Below are positions 61,264 through 64,000 of a stretch of DNA of 64,000 nucleotides, in pieces (position 1 is the first letter of the stretch; each line of letters opens with the position of its first letter). The stretch lies in assembly GCA_013360585.1 (NCBI GenBank), contig JABWBH010000001.1, positions 65,820 to 129,819 of the forward strand, in the 5' to 3' direction. The DNA is from Phycisphaerae bacterium. GTDB taxonomy: Bacteria > Planctomycetota > Phycisphaerae > UBA1845. The notes under the pieces were generated by a model that was not told the origin of the DNA, did not search any database, and saw only the letters and a list, made by a program, of their open reading frames with translations. Made by a program: the position numbers and the translations under genes.

Positions 61264-61514
61264 GGCGCCCCGGCGTGTCGGGAGCAACGCGGCTTTGGTG
61301 GCGGGGGTCGCTCCTCTCCGGAATCAGCGAGGGCTCGACGACGGGTGCGTCCTTTCGGACGCTCAGGGCTGTCACGGCGCGGAACAGAAGCGGGCGCCGG
61401 CCGGCAGCGGATCAGCAGCGCTTCTGAGCACTCTCCTTCGCGGCGGTTCATTTCCGAACCTCTTTATCCGCGAACGCGGCGACGCCGCACAGCTTCAACG
61501 ACATCAGGGCGAAC

Positions 61515-63260
61515 ATGGTTGACTTCAATCTCATCAACGATCTGGACAAGGGCGGCGACGATCTGGATGCCCAGCTTCGGTCCATCTTCGGCGGCGACGA
61601 CTCGGACAACTCGGTCGGGACGCTGACGTGTCCGGCGGAGACGGAATTCCGCCCCGGAACGATTCTGACCGGGCGCGTCGTCGGTCGGGCGGGCGACGAC
61701 ATCGTGGTCGACGTCGGGCTTAAGAGCGAGGGCATCGTCCCTGCGACGGAGTGGGACGACGCGCGGTCGGTCGAGCCCGGGGCGGAGGTTCAGGTCTGGC
61801 TGGAGGCGGTGGAATCCGAGTCGGACGGCCACATCGTCCTGTCGAAGCGGAAAGCGGATCGGATCATCAACTGGCAGCGGATCGTGGACACCAAGCATGA
61901 GGGCGACCTCGTCGAAGGCACGGTCATGCGGAAGATCAAGGGCGGGCTGCTGGTGGACATCGGCTACCCGGTGTTCCTGCCGGCGTCGCAGGTGGACATC
62001 CGTCGTCCGGGGGACATCGGCGAACTGATCGGGCAGCGGGTCGAGGCCGTCATCCTGAAGGTGGACGTCGAGCGCCGCAACATTGTGATCTCGCGCCGCA
62101 AGCTGATCGAGGAGAGTCGCAACGCCGCGAAGGAGGCGTTGTTCTCCAGTCTGGTCGAGGGACAGGTCCGCAAGGGCATCGTCAAGAACATCGCGGATTT
62201 CGGGGCGTTCGTGGATCTCGGCGGGATCGACGGTCTGCTGCACATCACGGACATGAGCTGGGACCGGATCGGCCACCCCAGCGAACTGCTGCGGATCGAC
62301 GACGAGATCGAGGTGAAGGTTCTGAACATCGATCGGGACCGGGAGAAGATTGCGCTGGGCCTCAAGCAGCTTGCGGCGAATCCGTGGGACCAGATCGAGC
62401 AGAACTACCCCGTGGGTCGGCGGATCAAGGGCGAGGTGGTCAACATCATGAACTACGGCGCCTTCGTGAAGCTCGAGCCGGGCGTCGAGGGGCTGGTGCA
62501 TATCAGCGAGATGAGCTGGACGCGGCGGATCAATCACCCGTCGGAGGTGCTCAATCCCGGCGACGTGATCGACGTGGTGGTGCTGGAGATCAACAAGGAT
62601 AAGCAGGAGATTTCGCTGGGCATCAAGCAGACGCAGGTCAACCCGTGGACCCAGGTGGCGCAGAAGTATCCGCCGAACACGCGGGTCAAGGGGCGCGTCC
62701 GGAACATCACGAACTACGGCGCGTTCATCGAGATCGAGGAGGGCGTGGACGGACTGCTGCACGTTTCGGACCTGAGCTGGACCAAGAAGATCACGCATCC
62801 GTCCGAGATTCTCAAGAAGGGCGAGGAGATCGAATGCGTGGTCCTCAAAGTGGACGAGGACAACCAGCGGATCGCGCTGGGCCTCAAGCAGCTTCACGAG
62901 GATCCGTGGGTCCGCGCCGTGCCCGAGAACTACATTCCGGGGCAGATCGTCGAGGGCACGGTCACGAAGATCACCAACTTCGGGGTGTTCGTGGAACTGG
63001 AAGCGGACCTTGAAGGACTGTTGCACGTCAGCGAGCTGGCCGATCATAAGGTCGAAGACCCGCATCAGGAGGTGAAGCTCGGCGACCGCCTGCAGGTGAA
63101 GATCCTGCGGGTGGACCCGGTGGACCGGAAGATCGGTCTGTCGAAGAAGCGTGCCGAGTGGAGCGCGGATCAGGACCAGGAAAGCGTTCAGGAGCGTCGT
63201 CCGAAACCGCGTCGCGGCGGTCTGCACACGGACGGCGACCAGCAGATGGGCCTGGTCTGA
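61515..63260 (+). CDS. rpsA: 30S ribosomal protein S1 (six S1 domains)
   Basis: Repeated G.V.G.V..I..FGAFV.L..G..GL.H.SE/DLSW modules; 581 aa. Confidence 0.95.
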   Translation: MVDFNLINDLDKGGDDLDAQLRSIFGGDDSDNSVGTLTCPAETEFRPGTILTGRVVGRAGDDIVVDVGLKSEGIVPATEWDDARSVEPGAEVQVWLEAVESESDGHIVLSKRKADRIINWQRIVDTKHEGDLVEGTVMRKIKGGLLVDIGYPVFLPASQVDIRRPGDIGELIGQRVEAVILKVDVERRNIVISRRKLIEESRNAAKEALFSSLVEGQVRKGIVKNIADFGAFVDLGGIDGLLHITDMSWDRIGHPSELLRIDDEIEVKVLNIDRDREKIALGLKQLAANPWDQIEQNYPVGRRIKGEVVNIMNYGAFVKLEPGVEGLVHISEMSWTRRINHPSEVLNPGDVIDVVVLEINKDKQEISLGIKQTQVNPWTQVAQKYPPNTRVKGRVRNITNYGAFIEIEEGVDGLLHVSDLSWTKKITHPSEILKKGEEIECVVLKVDEDNQRIALGLKQLHEDPWVRAVPENYIPGQIVEGTVTKITNFGVFVELEADLEGLLHVSELADHKVEDPHQEVKLGDRLQVKILRVDPVDRKIGLSKKRAEWSADQDQESVQERRPKPRRGGLHTDGDQQMGLV

Positions 63261-63466
63261 AGCCCCGCCGCCAGCGTGGGTCAGACCTGACGAAATCCGG
63301 CGGCGATCCGGCGGGGGGTGCATGCGCATTGCCCGCGGGCGCGCCGTGGGTTTTCGGTCATTTTGCCTCAACTGATCCGCCCGAGGAGGTCGATCCGACG
63401 TGGGGGTTCCAGTGACTTCGTATTGCCCGCGCGGCGGCGTGCCGCCTGCGCCGGTCGAGGGCGCCC

Positions 63467-64000
63467 ATGATCGTCGATTCCGGTCTCCAGACGTATCTGA
63501 AACAGATCAATCAGTCGTACCTGCTCTCCCCTGAGGAGGAGCGAACGCTTGCGGAGCAGGTTCGTTATGCGCGGACGGCCGCAGAGCGCTTCCGTCGGGG
63601 GGAGCTGTCGCTGGCCGAGCGAGACGAAGCGGAGCATCAGGCCAACGTTGCGCGGGAACGGATGGTGCGGGCCAACCTGCGCCTCGTGGTCAACATCGCG
63701 AAGAAATATGCGAAGCGCGGCATGCCGCTGGCGGACGTGATCAACGAGGGGAACCTCGGTCTGATCCGGGCGGTCGAGGGTTATGACCCGGACCAGAACA
63801 CGCGTTTCAGCACCTACGCTTCGTGGTGGATCAAGCAGGCGATCAAGCGCAGCCTGATCAACGGCGACAAAGCCGTGCATATTCCGGCGTACATGGTTGA
63901 ACTGATTTCGCGCTACCGCCGGGCGGTCGAGTCGTTCCGCGATCGGGAAAAGCGTCAGCCGACGACGGCGGAGCTGGCGGAGTTTCTGAAGATGCCGGAG
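63467..64000 (+). CDS. RNA polymerase sigma factor, RpoD/SigA-like group (partial, runs off the right edge)
   Basis: My own translation from the ATG at 63467: MIVDSGLQTYLKQINQSYLLSPEEERTLAEQ...NLRLVVNIAKKY...INEGNLGLIRAVEGYDP...FSTYASWWIKQAI (regions 1.2 and 2). Open to position 64000. Confidence 0.88.
   Translation, partial: MIVDSGLQTYLKQINQSYLLSPEEERTLAEQVRYARTAAERFRRGELSLAERDEAEHQANVARERMVRANLRLVVNIAKKYAKRGMPLADVINEGNLGLIRAVEGYDPDQNTRFSTYASWWIKQAIKRSLINGDKAVHIPAYMVELISRYRRAVESFRDREKRQPTTAELAEFLKMPE

Noticed and set aside
61264-61514. rnpA expected downstream of rpmH
   Set aside because: The 250-nt gap is too short. None of the three frames shows RnpA-like sequence, and the 75-93 aa ORFs there are Arg/Gly-rich and overlap rpsA.
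61464-63371. 635-aa minus-strand ORF opposite rpsA
   Set aside because: Shadow ORF. The plus strand encodes six canonical S1 domains.

Overview
High-GC (roughly two-thirds G+C by eye, not computed) bacterial chromosomal segment, densely coding on both strands. Gene content (a DUF1573 protein, PEP-CTERM and VPxPA-CTERM cargo, giant TPR and beta-rich envelope proteins, an ECF sigma module, mreB) suggests a Planctomycetota/Phycisphaerae-like organism; this is inference only. Housekeeping genes recognised: gyrA, trpA, DAHP synthase, rplU, Fe/Mn SOD, mreB, cutC, murA, prmC, nusA-infB-rbfA, yebC, kdsC, smpB, rpmH, rpsA and a partial RpoD-like sigma factor. Accessory blocks are as follows. (i) A metal-uptake locus at 12.7-19.4 kb: outer-membrane barrel, mini-lipoprotein, TroA/ZnuA-type ABC transporter whose two permeases each carry a C-terminal DtxR/MntR-like domain, plus a stand-alone MntR. 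(ii) At 23.97-26.75 kb, a translationally coupled PqqD-like / HPr-kinase-like / nucleotidyltransferase cassette preceded by a 69-codon ORF ending in Ser, with no lasso cyclase or peptidase. I rank this as the best candidate for an undescribed peptide-tailoring system. (iii) At 27-32.6 kb, exosortase-type cargo proteins, a lipoprotein, a Zn-ribbon protein, a sulfotransferase-like protein and a secreted S1 protease. (iv) A consensus promoter, ~310-nt structured leader and terminator in front of nusA, next to two ~100-bp tandem repeats. (v) kdsC coupled to a 1167-aa LptC/LptA-like protein. No rRNA, tRNA, CRISPR array, transposase or integrase was recognised. Many long ORFs in the supplied track are antisense shadow ORFs typical of high-GC DNA and were rejected. 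All domain calls come from motif recognition by eye; no searches were run.
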